A stretch of DNA of 64,000 bases from Selaginella moellendorffii (taxonomy: Eukaryota > Plantae > Lycopodiophyta), in assembly GCF_000143415.4 (NCBI RefSeq), contig NW_003314425.1, forward strand, positions 149,455-213,454, in the 5' to 3' direction. This document shows, in pieces, positions 12,117 through 24,656 of the stretch. The notes beneath the pieces were generated by a model, which had not been told where the DNA came from, ran no database searches, and saw only the letters and a list, made by a program, of their open reading frames with translations. Position 1 is the stretch's first letter; every line of letters begins with the position of its first letter. Position numbers and translations under genes: made by a program.

Positions 12117-14131
12117 ATGCGACCGGCATTCCGGCCGCAGCAGGAGCAGATCATGATCGCGGCGGTGTCCAAGCGCCGGGGATTCTTCCTGCTGTGGATC
12201 GCCTTCTTCCTCTGCCTCTTCGTCTACCAGAGCAATTACATCGCCCAGGTGAGTGGATCCAAGAGAATCGCGAGAGCGGTGCCCAGGCTCCGGCCAGTGG
12301 TCTTCAATCTCACGGATTTTGGGGGGATTGGCGACGGCAGGACGATCAACACGCGCGCATTCGAGCGGGCTGTGGCTGAGATCTCGAGCGCGGCGGCCAA
12401 ATCCGGGGGCGCGCAGCTCAATGTTCCTGCTGGCGTGTGGCTCACCGCTCCATTCAACCTCACGAGCCATATGACCTTGTTCCTCGAGGAAGATGCCACC
12501 ATTCTCGCCACCCAGGTACTCTATCCATCGTCCTCCAAGCTTTCATCGTTCCAAGTGTTCTAGCTCATCGTTCTAAGCGTTTTCTAGCAAAGAACTTTCT
12601 AGATCTTCTCGTTCAAAAATCTTCTCTTTGGTTTTCCTCGTTCCATGCCCGATGCTTCGATCTTCCTCCATTCTTTCTTCCATTTCATACTCCTTTCTTT
12701 CTTTCGGCGTTCTAAGTGTTTCTAGCGAAGAACTTTCTAGTTTTTTCTCTTGATCTTCTCGTTCCAATTGAACTTCCTCCTCCTTCCATGCTCGATCCTC
12801 GATCTTTACGTGTGTTTGTGCGTCTTTCTCAAAGCTTTCTCGTAGTGTTTTTTTTGTTTCCATCTCCATACTTCCTTGTTCTAACTAAGAACTAACTGTG
12901 TATTATAACAGAGCGAGGACCTGTGGCCTCTCATGCAGCCTCTACCATCCTACGGCCGTGGACGAGAGCTTCCCGGCCCCCGCTATGGAAGCTTGATTCA
13001 CGGCCAGCATCTCGAGGACATTGTCATCACAGGTTCGTCATTTTCCTCGCTTCTATAACTTCATCAATCTCCAGCAGTGTGACCATACAGGACACAATGG
13101 GACCATCGACGGGAATGGGAGGAAGTGGTGGGAGAAAGCCAAGCGCAAACAGTTGAAACACACGCGGGGACGTCTCATCCAGCTCATGTGGTCTCGTGGG
13201 ATCGAGATCTCCGACGTGACTTTGAGGAACTCGCCCTTCTGGACTGTGCATCCTTACGACTGCGAGAATGTAACCATCAGAGGCGTCACGATAATTGCTC
13301 CACCCGATGCTCCAAACACCGACGGGATTGATCCTGGTAAGAAACAATGCAAGTTCGTGTGTAAGTAACTTCCTTTTCCAGATTCTTGTCGGAACGTTTT
13401 GATCGAGAGCTGCTACATAAGCGTCGGAGACGATGGTGTCGCTGTGAAGAGCGGATGGGATCAATACGGCATCGATTACGGCAAGCCTTGCGCAAACATC
13501 ACCATCCGGAACATCCAAGTGAATGCTCCTGTGAGGTGGGAAGAACTTCTTTTGCTTTCGGTCTATTCTTCTTCGTTGATCGATCAAAGTTGACGTCCAT
13601 ATCCACAGTGCTGGAGTTTCCATAGGAAGCGAGATGTCCGGAGGAATCACCAACGTAACAGTGGAGAACGTTTTCATCTGGAACTCCAAGCGTGGAGTGA
13701 GGATCAAGACGACGCCAGGAAGGGGAGGCTATGTCACCCAAGTGTTCTACCGCAACATCACCATGGAAACCGTGAGAGTCGGCATCGTGATCAAGACCGA
13801 CTATGGCGACCACCCGGACGAGTTCTACGATCCCACCGCGCTGCCGGTGGTGGAGAAGATCTTCTTCGACGGCATCTATGGCAGCGAGGTGAGAATTCCC
13901 GCGAGGATCTATGGCAGCAAAGAAGTTCCCGTCCGGGGGCTGGAGATCCGCGACATGAACGTCGGCGTGACGAGGAAGAAGAAGCACGTATTCCAGTGCT
14001 CGTTCCTCCAAGGCGAGGTGTTTGGGACGATCTTTCCAAAGCCTTGCGAGGATCTGGGGACGAGCACGAGGCCGGGAGTTTTCAGAGAGGCAAAGATTAC
14101 TTCCGAGAGTGATGGTGACGACGATGCTTAG
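12117..14131 (+). CDS. GH28 polygalacturonase-like (pectin lyase fold); multi-exon
   Basis: Motifs 'SPFWTVHP', 'PNTDGIDP', 'GDDGVAVKSGWD', 'SIGSEMSGG', 'RIKT'; N-terminal transmembrane anchor. Confidence 0.93.
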
Positions 14132-14359
14132 AAATCGAAGGAACCACTCACGGTATCTTGTTTGAGCAAGAAAAAAACGTAACTTTCCTCCAAAAAAGCT
14201 GACAGCTCGTTAGAAAACACTCGTAAGAGCTCTTGATTTCTAGATCTTTGATTTAAAATGAGAGTACTTACAGAGAAAAAAAAATGGTTACTGTTGATTG
14301 AACCTACAAAATAATTCACAAGATGGTTGATAAGCTTACTTAGAACTCGTTGACGAAAG

Positions 14360-17300
14360 TTAGAATCTCCGAAGCCTTGCAAGAGCACCTGGTAGAAAAA
14401 AAATTCCATTTTTTGTCAAAGTTCCTAGAAAGGCAGTAGCATTTACCTGGAGCGCCAGCGATAGTGTCAAGAACATCTCTCGCCACGGAGAAGGTACCAC
14501 CGCTTTCCTTCCTCCTTTCACAGAAGAGATGGCACAGGGGCTCTCCAGCCACTTTCCAAGCAAACGTGAAGCTGGGCCTGCACTCTTTCTCGTTTTCGCT
14601 CCCTGCTCGCGCTCGATCTAAGCAAAACTGGACGTGGTCGTGGACAACGCTGTAGATGGCACAAGACTCTTGGTAGATCTGATAAATACTCTTCTTTGCT
14701 CCATCCAAGTTCGTGGATCCGGTATAAAGCATCTGAAAAAATCGTCCTTATGAGTGAAAACCAACGAGAAACTTAAAAAGCATCTGAAAAAATCGAGAAA
14801 AAACTTTTTTGTGTGATCAGCGAGAACCTTACCTGACAATACTGCGCAGCGATCTCGTCCGTCTTCTCGGCCGATTTCTCGTCCAAGGCCAGGCTCATTT
14901 CCAGACGATAGTTGTTAAAGTGCTGCCTCCACAAGTCTTTGTAGCTCAGGTAATTCCCGTAGACAAACTCCTCGTAGAACATCAGAGGTCCTGAAACAAC
15001 AGAAAGCTTCCTCTCAAGAACAAAAGAAAAGCACGAGTTGTCCGTACCTGTGAATTCCTTGGCTTCGTTTTCAATTACCTCGGTCACTACATTATAGATC
15101 TTTCCAAATATCGAGGTTGATCTATACACATTGTCCTGTTGCTGGATCTTACGTCTATTCGGATTGTTGCTGTTCTCTTCGACTAGGAAATGCGGCTTGA
15201 TCTTGTCGCACAATAGCCTATCCTCGATAGTAACCTGCGATGAAATGCTCAAACCAAAGCTTTCACTGCAACTAAGCTAACCATTTCTCCGGTTTTATCC
15301 GCGTCCAGAGCCAAGTAGTACAAATCAGCGAGCTCGAGAAGGCAATTCTGCCGAAACTCTCGTTCGCGTACATTGTCAAAGCTTGTGCTGAGATACTTGT
15401 CCATGTGAATCAGCCAGTTTGTGGCCGCTCGGGAGATTGCAAAGCTGCAAAACAATGAGAAAAATCAGTGACAGAAAAATGTAAAGATCGATCTTACTTT
15501 GGCTTGAATATAGCTCTGAGGAACATAGCCACTAAACGGCTCATTATAACTTCGGGGCTCATCCCCAAGCAACTCGGCACGGCCGTGGTTCCGTTTGTTC
15601 TTTTCTCTTGCCATGGCAATTGCGGCTTATAGAGGTTTGAGACCTGCTAAGACGAAGGTCATCAGGAACAGAGATGGTAGTGTTTACAAAAAGAAAACCA
15701 GAAAACACACCTGCTCGTTCGTGCAAATCCAGTACAAATCACCGTCCAGATCGCTGTTTGCAATCTCGTGCACGACGGAACGAGGCCCTTTCGTCGGGAA
15801 GATTATAACGTACTTGCTGTTTCCGAGGGAACTCTCCAGTTCCTGGTTCCAAGTTGCCTCGAATACGTGAACGTCGCCGGGGTGCATCCCCGGGTGTTTA
15901 TAAACGAGAACCTTGTGCCTATGCAGAGGTCCATTTTCTCTTCGACAGAAAGAAACAAAAGGACAACGTGTAAGGAACAATTAAATGCCAGAGAGACACT
16001 TACAGGAGAATCGCGACTTGGTTTCTCGCAAGCGTGTTTGTGGGATCTGCAGATCCCATCAAGTAGTACGAGCCTTCGAGTGGAACATTGGCTTTTGCGT
16101 AGCGTTTGAGCTGCGTTCGTATCATCGTCATTAGACTGTTTCTTAGAAAGTGATCCGTCAGCGGGATCCCTGCGAGAATCATCCTTCTCGGCATATCTCC
16201 GAACGAGAATCTCGAACAAACTGCATCAAACACAAAATGACGTCACAGAGAAAGAGAAAGAAAAGAAGTTCGCCACTTTAGCTATAACTTACGCCTGTGA
16301 GCGGCAGCAATATCTTGCAGGGGAGTCATGGCCTTCGCAATCGCTTCTTGCACTACCTGGATGAAAAAACTTTCAGGAACACCCCCTTCCAGTAAGAGAG
16401 CTATCACGTAGCGTGACAAGCTTGCTACTGGTGGCTTGTGGCTATACAAAAACTCCGGCCATTAGAGGTTAACATATTTCTCTCGTAATCTCTATACCTT
16501 GTGGTGCAAATCTCCAAAGAATTGAAGCTTGGACAGTTTGCCAGTTTGGGATCAGCCTTAACCTTGAGCATTGAATCCCTGTACACGATTGTTTTATGCT
16601 GAAGCTGCAAAGAGAGAGATTATTGTAAGCACCGAAATTAGGAGAAACTCACTGTTTTTAAAGTTAGAAGCGTGCCTTTGACTGCTATCCCGTGATAGAA
16701 AAGACGTACTTGAAGCAGAGCAGGATACTCCTGTAGAAAACAATCAGCTCGATGAAAATGGAAAAAGAAGATCAACATCTGAAGCATTCACTGCAACTTG
16801 TTTCGCTAAATCCTCAGAAATGAATCCGGTTCCATCCGTATGGATCAAAGGCTTGCCGTTACAGCCCACTGCAATCTCTCCACCCGGATCATGCTGCAGC
16901 AAAGATAATCAATCTGTTAAAACACGCAGCACAACTTCGGACAAAGGCCGCAACTCTGCATGGAATGTCCTTGAAACAAACGACATTAATTTCGCTCATG
17001 TTTACGTTGGCTGTCCATGTTTTTGAGAGTGCCAGTTGCAGCCTAGAGCCAAGGAAAGAGGAAGTGCGTGAAAACCTGTTCAAGTAGAAACAATCATAGA
17101 AAACGAACCTCTTGTTGTAGAGCTGCAAGCATGGAACGGTGTGGATGTGCATGATATACTTCCGACAGGCATCCATCGAGCGGAACTTCAAGAAGTGCGG
17201 GTCAACCAGGTCGCTCGCAGCGATGGATTTTGTACACACGAAAAAGGATCGTTGCTGCCGCGTTTGCTTGACTTTGCTCATGTTTTTGCGTTTTTTTTCT

Positions 17301-18115
17301 TCCTTGTGCACTAAAAGAAAACAAACTGAGTTCGAGAAAGAAAAACTACAACAAGAGCAAAGATGATCAATCCATCTCGTACCAAAGTACTCGAAATGGC
17401 GAAGCCCAACGTTGAAGCCCCTCTCGATGATATCTCGATACATCTCTGGACTCGTAACTCCTTGGCAATTGAATCTCACCTGGAGAACTTTATCGTCTCC
17501 AAAAGCTCTCTGCAAGGGAGTCCTGCCATCCTCGTAATATGGCCTCTGCAAAAAGAGAGAGAAAAAAACATAAACTTTGATCGGTTACGCACGACAAGCC
17601 AGAGAAATAAATAGTCTACCTGGTAGGAAATCCTCCCATGCTCGTCGACATCACAGGTATACATCAGCGACTTTGGAACTCCAGAAGCGCTATTCTGGCA
17701 AGAACAAACAATGGCCTTTTGGAAACCAAGCAAGCAAAGCTCCTAGCCTACATTGAGCGGAAGTCGCTGCCTCGCATTCACCAGCGAGCATAAGTACGAC
17801 TCGAAAGCTTCACACTTGACGTCCTTCATTTGTCTCAGCTCCTCCACACCGAGACGACCCTTTGCAAGGCACTGGATGAGATACCTCTTGTAGAAGTCAA
17901 GCTCCCCCAATGCTCTATCCTCGGGGCTCACTGGAAGAACAAAAAAAAGTTATCTTGAGACACACAAAGAAAGCTCCACACGATCAAAGCAAACCTGGCA
18001 ACTGGGACATGACGGCGTCGTCTTGCTCGAGGAACTCCTCCACGTCGTCTTGAGACCATCCGTGGAAGAGTCTCTTCCTCGCCACAGGCTCTTCCTCCCT
18101 AGCATCGCCCATCAT
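14360..18115 (-). CDS. RNA-dependent RNA polymerase, RDR-gamma (RDR3/4/5-like); multi-exon
   Basis: 'TPLQRAFGDDKVLQVRF', 'HTDGTGFISEDLA', 'QVRLFYHG..VKG', 'KHPGMHPGDVHV', 'FPTKGPRSVVHEIANSDLDGDLYW', 'FAWKVAGEPLC'. Terminal exon boundaries are approximate. Confidence 0.88.
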
Positions 18116-18242
18116 CGTGTACGGGCGCCTAAAACCCCCAATCCAACGTTCACATGCTCAAAAACTACAGCCCGACTAAATGCTCCCCCCGAGGAACCGG
18201 CGTCACACCGCGCGGCTCTGCGGTACCGCTAGCGGTATACCA

Positions 18243-18930
18243 CACCATGTAATGCCATGTCAGCACCTACCATGAGCCCTAGATTAACCAGCGCGGCAGT
18301 CCACGCATTGGCCATCAGGACAAACGTGGCACCGTGCTCTACGCGTAATGGCCCGAGCTGGCTGCCACTGAGAACCGCGATCAGTGTGAAAGTTTGATCG
18401 CGTCGAAGCTAGCTAGATCCAATCGGCCGCAGCTTGCATACATGTGAATCAACGGGTTGAGCAGCATCTCCCTGTGAGAATGATCGCAAGCGCCGCAAGG
18501 AGAAGGATCCCAGCCACGCAATCTCGCAGTGGATCTCCTGCCCTAACCCAGCCCCTCTAAATATCCCACATTCCCGCCCAATTCGAACAGCATACTCCAC
18601 GTAGGGCATTCCACGTCACTATGCTGACAAGAGATTGTCACACTCGAACTCTTGCCACTTTGTCTCAGCACAATGCCTCCACAAACTAGGCTGTTTGTCT
18701 GCATTATTTTAGGAACTCTGATCATGCGTGTTTTTTTTTTTTTTTTTTTTTTTTTGTGTACAGAAAAGTTACTTGGGTGCAAAAGCATTTGCCCAATCAG
18801 AGGAAATTGAAGAGAAGCATTCAATGATAGCGCTGAGTGAGATGGTGCTTTGAGGTCTCGTGTGGACAGCATTGATGTGTAGCTTTCCGTGTTCGTCATT
18901 TTGGCAAATTTTCGATCGGATGCAGAAAGA
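18243..18930 (-). pseudogene. Deletion-collapsed copy of the PPR gene at 20587-23418
   Basis: Blocks match 20549-21650 (e.g. 'gcgcggcagtccacgcattggcca', 'gcatacatgtgaatcaac', 'cccacattcccgcccaattc') with large internal deletions. Confidence 0.75.
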
Positions 18931-19536
18931 AGTTTATCTAATTTACGACCTTCAACATCATTTAATTATAATTTATATTAGATTAGATTTACATCATGAT
19001 GCTGGTAGTGTCCAAATACAACACATTTCAACTTTTGATATATCAAGAAAATCAGTTCTAGTCTGAAGAGATTGACTATGAAGTCAAGTCGGTCCTGCCA
19101 AAACTTCGACAAGTCCCAAAAGCTAGTTGGAGACTTAACATTACGTTTCTCACCCAAACACAATAAAAAATGGTTTTGGTATAAATTATCAAATAGTAAT
19201 ATTATTTCTATTGTGGTTGCCGACATATCCAATCTTGAAGTCACAGAGTAAAATTATATTTAGTGTGTCCTAAAGTCCATAAGTAATAGCCAGTCAAGTT
19301 GACTTTGACTTCTTTTTACTTCTCATCTGGAGATCGTCTCTTGAATGGCTCTGAAGTGAACGATTTCCGGATAAGAGATTCAATTATACTAATGGTGCTT
19401 GTATCATTTGGTGCGTTACAACGAAAAAACTGAAAATAATAAACCAAACACTAATATATCAATGCTGCAAACACTAGAACATTTGCACAACAGATTATTG
19501 TCAATCCTTTTATTTGGAACATGACCAAGTCTAGCT

Positions 19537-19941
19537 TCAGATGTCCCCAACGTTGGGATTTCCAGAGTCCCTGCAATTCCCACAATAGTTCAGTGTGGCC
19601 TCGCAATTACCCCCATCGAATGCATGGCTTCCGCAGAGTCGGCAAGGCTGGTTTTCATACACATGGAGAAACTGCTGCTTGAGAACTGCCCCACTCACGG
19701 ATGGATAGTTGCCATCGCACCTGAAAATTGCGGTGCAATGGCCAGAAACACGAGAAGTGAAGCCATTGTAGATTGTTCCATCGGTGTAGCGAGAGATTGC
19801 TCGCCGGCAATCGGCCTGGTTGACGCGAGATCCACAGAGTCCAGAGCCATTGCAGTTGTCGTTCTTGGCGCAGCTGGAGGACCCAAGAAAGATCACAAGA
19901 AGAATAGCAAGAAGAGAAAAGAGCTTGAGAGAAGACGCCAT
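19537..19941 (-). CDS. Secreted KP4 killer-toxin-like protein, copy 1
   Basis: Signal peptide plus ~109 aa mature domain with 10 Cys. Motifs NCNGSGLC, CRLCGS and TLNY parallel KP4 NCRGSSQC, CRVCGS and LTVNY. Intronless. Confidence 0.8.
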   Translation of the reverse strand: MASSLKLFSLLAILLVIFLGSSSCAKNDNCNGSGLCGSRVNQADCRRAISRYTDGTIYNGFTSRVSGHCTAIFRCDGNYPSVSGAVLKQQFLHVYENQPCRLCGSHAFDGGNCEATLNYCGNCRDSGNPNVGDI

Positions 19942-20129
19942 TGGAATTTGCTAGAAAGAATGCGATTTTCATCTGGCTTATAAAGGGGTATTAGTATTAC
20001 ATGACCTTTTAATTTTTAAAGCTCTTATTATTTTATTTTTCTAATCGAGAACTAAAACTCAAGTGGTTCTCACCGCGGAAAATATCAACAGGAAAACAAC
20101 AAAACTATCGTCTAAATAATGCTTCGTGA

Positions 20130-20460
20130 ATTTTCTAAGCTTTTCACGAGTAAACGTTGAGCTGTCTTTGCTTGGACTATTGATCACGATAAGAGTTACG
20201 TGATTCATCTAAAGAAGAAGTTTTGTTGTTTTCCTTGATATTTTGGATCCACAGTTCTCGAGATGTCATCCTTGTTAAGGCTAGAAGCCTCCAGAAACGC
20301 AACCGTAGTCTATTTTAGAAAACCTTGCTCCTCCAAAAGCAATTGTAAGTACTTTGTTTCCTGGTGCTTGGACTCTAATTCTCGCTTCTAAAACTATGTT
20401 CTATGTGCTTGATAGAGGTTTATTTTTCATCAGTTTCATGAGCCTTGAAACTTCAGCCAT
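20130..20460 (+). pseudogene. Eroded remnant of the 3-methyladenine glycosylase 3' part
   Basis: 'ccttgatattttggat', 'accttgctcctccaaaagcaattgtaagt' resemble the last exon at 29947-30119. Confidence 0.5.
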
Positions 20461-20586
20461 AAACGTCTGAGCCAACGAGTCTGCTATAATATGCTCTCTG
20501 CGGAACAAGTATGTGAGAAATATAGCTATGACCACTCCAAGCGTTCGCCATGTGTAATGCCATGTTAACACCTACCATGAACCCGT

Positions 20587-23418
20587 TCAGCCACCAGCAG
20601 TATACCGCGCGGCAGTCCACGCATTGGCCAGCAGCACAAACGTGCACGGCTCCGGCACCGGCAGTACCAGCTCTTGAACCGCCCGCTGACCACGTGCCAC
20701 GTCACCGTGGCTGCTACACGCGCCCAAGAGAGACATCCACGTCATCGCGTCGCGCGGCATGGCGTGGGAGAGCTCCTCGGCCCCTTCGAGCTGGCCTGCC
20801 CGCCCAAGCGCGTCCACGATGCACACGTAATGGTCCGAGGTGGCTGCCACGTGGTAGTCCGGCGCCATGGACGCTGCCAAGCCCAGCGCTGCCGCGACCA
20901 TTCCCCTGTGGCTTAGAGCCGCGAGAACCGCGATCAGTGTGATCGCATCCGGCATCAAGCCCTCGAGCTTCATGGCGGAGAAGAGATCCAGCGCCTGGGA
21001 ATCCTGGCCGTGGCGCGCGAATGCCGTGATCATCGTGTTCCAGGACACCAGACCCCTGCGATCGATCGCGTCGAATCCTGCGCTAGCTAGATCCAATCGC
21101 CCGCATCTTGCATACATGTGAATCAACGCGTTGAGCAGCATCTCCCTGTGAGGACGATCGCAAGCGCCGGGATCCAAGAGCCCCAACCGCGCAATCTCGC
21201 CGTGAATCTCCAGCCCTAACCCCAGCCTCGCACTGCCCGCGCAAGCCTCCACAAGAACAAGCCAAGAAACCTCACCTAAATTTCCCACATTCCCGCCCAA
21301 TTCAAACTCGCGGAAAAACACATCCAAAGCCACGTCAGCCTGGGAGCCCTCCACGTAAGCTGCCATGAGGGCATTCCAGGTCACCATGCCCTGCTTGGGC
21401 ATCTTTGCCAGAATCTCCCTCGCTGCGGTTAGATGCCCCGTTTGGGCAAATCCAGTGACGAGCGCATTCCACGAGCTCATCTCTCTCTTGGGAGTTCGAT
21501 CAAATGCCACCCTCGCGGCATCCATCGCGTTTTTGTCTGGATTTCTCGAGTAGCAGCTGAGCAGCGCGTTCCATGAGATTGTGGTGTGCTTGGGCATCCG
21601 ATCGAAAATTTGCCTAAACGATGAAGAGCCACACATCAATGCCGTCCACGAGAACACATCGTGCTCACTCATTCGATCAAAGAGCTCTTTAGCATCGCGC
21701 GCCATGTCATTCTCACCAAAGATTGTGATCATCGAATTCCAGGACACCAGATCCCACTGTGGCATGACCTCGAATTTTTTCGTTGCCTCTTCAATTTCCC
21801 CTGATTTGGCAAATGCTAACACTATTGCGGCCCAAGTAATTACATTCCTTTGTGGCATTTTACTAAACAAAGAAAAAGCACGATAAAAATTTCTAGAATT
21901 AAGGCAAACAAACAACATAGCGTTCGTGGAGACAACGTTGTGCTGAGGCATTAAATCAAAGCATTGTTCTGATATATTTATTTGCCCATTTTCGGCATTT
22001 GCGACCGTTAGAGTGATCCAAGAGCTTGAGTCTCGCTGTGGCATTCTCTCAAACAGAGAAACCAAAAGCCCAAGATCTTTTCTACTACAGTAATGGATCA
22101 TGGAGTTCCAGGAGACGATATCGAATTGGGGCATTTTCGAGAATAGCTCCATCGCTCGATCGCAGCCCTCTTCTTGCGAGATCGATGTCAGTGCGGTTGT
22201 CCAGGAGATTAGATCCCTTTGCGGCATCGCCCAAAAGATCTCTGTCGCGGATTCAGCGCAACCACTGCTGGAGATCATCAGGTTCCACGAAGAAATGTCC
22301 CAGCAGGGCATTCTCCAGAAGAATTCCTCCATGCTTTCCCTGTTTGCGTGTGCCTTGAGGATCAGGTTCCAAGACACGTCGTTCCTGCGGGAAGATCGCT
22401 GGAAGAAATCGATAGAACTTTGAAGACCAAATCGACTCACGATGCCGCCGAGCACCGAATTCCAGGCGATCACATCCTGCTCTGGCAGCCTCTCAAACAT
22501 TTCCATTGCTTCCTCGAATCGCTCCTCCGAGAGGCCCTGAATCATCGAATTCCAGGTCGATGCGTTGTGCTGTGGAGCGGCGTCAAAGATCTCTCGCGCT
22601 TTGGTCATCTCCCCACGCCTCAAATACGCCACAAGGATTGCGTTCCAGGAGAAAAGGCTGCGCTCCAGCATCCGATCGAAGAGATCCTTGGCCTCGTCGA
22701 CACGAAGGGTGCTGCCAAGTGCCGCGATCATTGTCGTCCAGGCCAGGGAGAAGGAGGAAGAGTCCCCGGGAATCGCCAAGAACAACTCGATGGCGCTCTC
22801 CAGATGCCCGTTTTGCGAGAGCCACAAAACCATCGAATTCCAGCTTATTCCATCCCGCGCTGGGATCTTCTGAAACATCTGATTTGCGCGGTCGAATCTG
22901 CCGCAGTCAAGACACCCCTGGATCATCGCATTCCAAGAAACAAGACATCGATTGGGCATCCAATCGAACAAAGCTTCGGCATTTTGCAAATCCCCGGCCG
23001 CGGCATACGCTAACATCATCGTTGTCAACGTGATGGGATTCCACTGCGGCATTTTTGAAAACAACGATGTTGTCTCGTGGAACTTCTTGTTGCCTGCGCA
23101 GCTTGCCATGATTGAGTTCCATGAAACGGCATTTCGATTTGGCATCCGATAGAAGCAGAGCACGGCCTCTTCCGAATGCCCGGTCTGGGCAATTGCTGTG
23201 AGCATGATGTTCCACGAGTAAACGTTGGGGTTCTCGATCTGTTGGAACGCAGCTGCTGCCTCGCGCAAGCTCCCGAGCCGCGCATACATTTGAACGACCA
23301 GATTCGCGAGAAATGTGCTCCAGTTCGAGCTGCTTCCATGGACATGCGCGTGCAAGCGTCGTCCCTCCGCAAGGCTACCACAGCGACGGACTGCTCTCGC
23401 CAAATGGTCCTCGATCAT
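20587..23418 (-). CDS. PLS/SS-type pentatricopeptide repeat protein with truncated E domain, no DYW
   Basis: 943 aa intronless ORF with many ~31 aa 'F..MP.R...SWN.M' repeats; ends 'HYVCIVDALGRAG..WMSLLGAC..FVLLANA'. Confidence 0.93.
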   Translation of the reverse strand: MIEDHLARAVRRCGSLAEGRRLHAHVHGSSSNWSTFLANLVVQMYARLGSLREAAAAFQQIENPNVYSWNIMLTAIAQTGHSEEAVLCFYRMPNRNAVSWNSIMASCAGNKKFHETTSLFSKMPQWNPITLTTMMLAYAAAGDLQNAEALFDWMPNRCLVSWNAMIQGCLDCGRFDRANQMFQKIPARDGISWNSMVLWLSQNGHLESAIELFLAIPGDSSSFSLAWTTMIAALGSTLRVDEAKDLFDRMLERSLFSWNAILVAYLRRGEMTKAREIFDAAPQHNASTWNSMIQGLSEERFEEAMEMFERLPEQDVIAWNSVLGGIVSRFGLQSSIDFFQRSSRRNDVSWNLILKAHANRESMEEFFWRMPCWDISSWNLMISSSGCAESATEIFWAMPQRDLISWTTALTSISQEEGCDRAMELFSKMPQFDIVSWNSMIHYCSRKDLGLLVSLFERMPQRDSSSWITLTVANAENGQINISEQCFDLMPQHNVVSTNAMLFVCLNSRNFYRAFSLFSKMPQRNVITWAAIVLAFAKSGEIEEATKKFEVMPQWDLVSWNSMITIFGENDMARDAKELFDRMSEHDVFSWTALMCGSSSFRQIFDRMPKHTTISWNALLSCYSRNPDKNAMDAARVAFDRTPKREMSSWNALVTGFAQTGHLTAAREILAKMPKQGMVTWNALMAAYVEGSQADVALDVFFREFELGGNVGNLGEVSWLVLVEACAGSARLGLGLEIHGEIARLGLLDPGACDRPHREMLLNALIHMYARCGRLDLASAGFDAIDRRGLVSWNTMITAFARHGQDSQALDLFSAMKLEGLMPDAITLIAVLAALSHRGMVAAALGLAASMAPDYHVAATSDHYVCIVDALGRAGQLEGAEELSHAMPRDAMTWMSLLGACSSHGDVARGQRAVQELVLPVPEPCTFVLLANAWTAARYTAGG

Positions 23419-24190
23419 TCATGGAACTCCATAAACTAAATTTAATGGTTAACCATATTTCTCCAATTACCTCTAACATAATTATAATTAAACTATAATT
23501 TGGCTTTCACCTTTATAGTTAAAATAATGCTATCTAGATTTTTAACGAAGTCAGTGCCAAATATATAATACGAATACTGTGTCCAAATACAACACGTTTC
23601 AAATTTTAGTCTCGAGATATTCAGTTTAAAGTCAAGTTGGTCTTGCCAAAAGCTGGAGAAATTCTAGCAGTTACAGTTTAATATGGTGAGACATTTCTCA
23701 CCAGAACACCTATGCCGCCAGTTTGATCATGCAGTGCTTCAGGTAATGTAGTTTTTATTGTGGAAAATTCGTAATATTATTTTTATTGTGGATCAGTCAA
23801 TTTGACTTTGACTTTTTTTCTTGGCAGATATGTATCTAAGATAGAGTCTATCTCAGATCTTCACTCTATCCAAGGGACCAAGAGTGATAAAGTATTCAAT
23901 TTGCGGCCCTGTGGAGTGAATGATTTTCACAAAAGATGCTAGTAGTTTTGCAAAGTCACAGCTTCTATGATCGAAAGTTCACTGCAAGCAAAAGGAGATT
24001 TATCAATCAAGTCCAAAGTTTTATCAATATTATTGGAGCGTGCCATTCAAGACTAGAGGGACCAGACATCCATGTAGTTCCCATGCTACATAGTTAGACA
24101 TAAACAAACCATACATACATTCAACATCTGGTGAAATAATGCTGCAAACACTTGCACAGCTTATTTAGAACATGTCCAAAGTCTAGAACT

Positions 24191-24595
24191 TCAGTTCTTC
24201 ACGGCATTGGGATTTCCAGAGTCCCTGCAATTCCCACAATAGTTCAGTGTGGCCTCGCAATTGCCCCCATCAAATGCATGGCTTCCGCAGAGTCGGCAAG
24301 GCTGGTTGTCATACACATGGAGAAACTGCTGCTTGAGAACTGCCCCACTCACGGATGGATAGTTGCCATCGCACCTGAAAATTGCGGTGCAATGGCCAGA
24401 AACACGAGAAGTGAAGCCATTGTAGATTGTTCCATCGGTGTAGCGAGAGATTGCTCGCCGGCAATCGGCCTGGTTGACGCGAGATCCACAGAGTCCAGAG
24501 CCATTGCAGTTGTCGTTCTTGGCGCAGCTGGAGGAGCCAAGAAAGATCAGAAGGAAAGTAGCAAGAAGAGAAAACAGCTTGAGAGAGGACTCCAT
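24191..24595 (-). CDS. Secreted KP4 killer-toxin-like protein, copy 2
   Basis: 134 aa; mature domain nearly identical to copy 1. Confidence 0.8.
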   Translation of the reverse strand: MESSLKLFSLLATFLLIFLGSSSCAKNDNCNGSGLCGSRVNQADCRRAISRYTDGTIYNGFTSRVSGHCTAIFRCDGNYPSVSGAVLKQQFLHVYDNQPCRLCGSHAFDGGNCEATLNYCGNCRDSGNPNAVKN

Positions 24596-24648
24596 ATGAT
24601 AGAAAGATTGTTACTAGGTTTATGATTTATTGCAAAGGAATGGTCTGG

Positions 24649-24656
24649 TTTATATA
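24649..24656 (-). promoter_or_regulatory. TATA box of KP4-like copy 2 (equivalent boxes at 27237-27244 and 28862-28869)
   Basis: TATATAAA on the minus strand ~55-80 nt upstream of the ATG, conserved among paralogues. Confidence 0.6.

Noticed and set aside
12555-12810. ~140-bp imperfect duplication in polygalacturonase intron 1 and the antisense Glu-rich ORF 12573-12869
   Set aside because: Ordinary pyrimidine-rich intronic duplication; the ORF is a compositional artefact.
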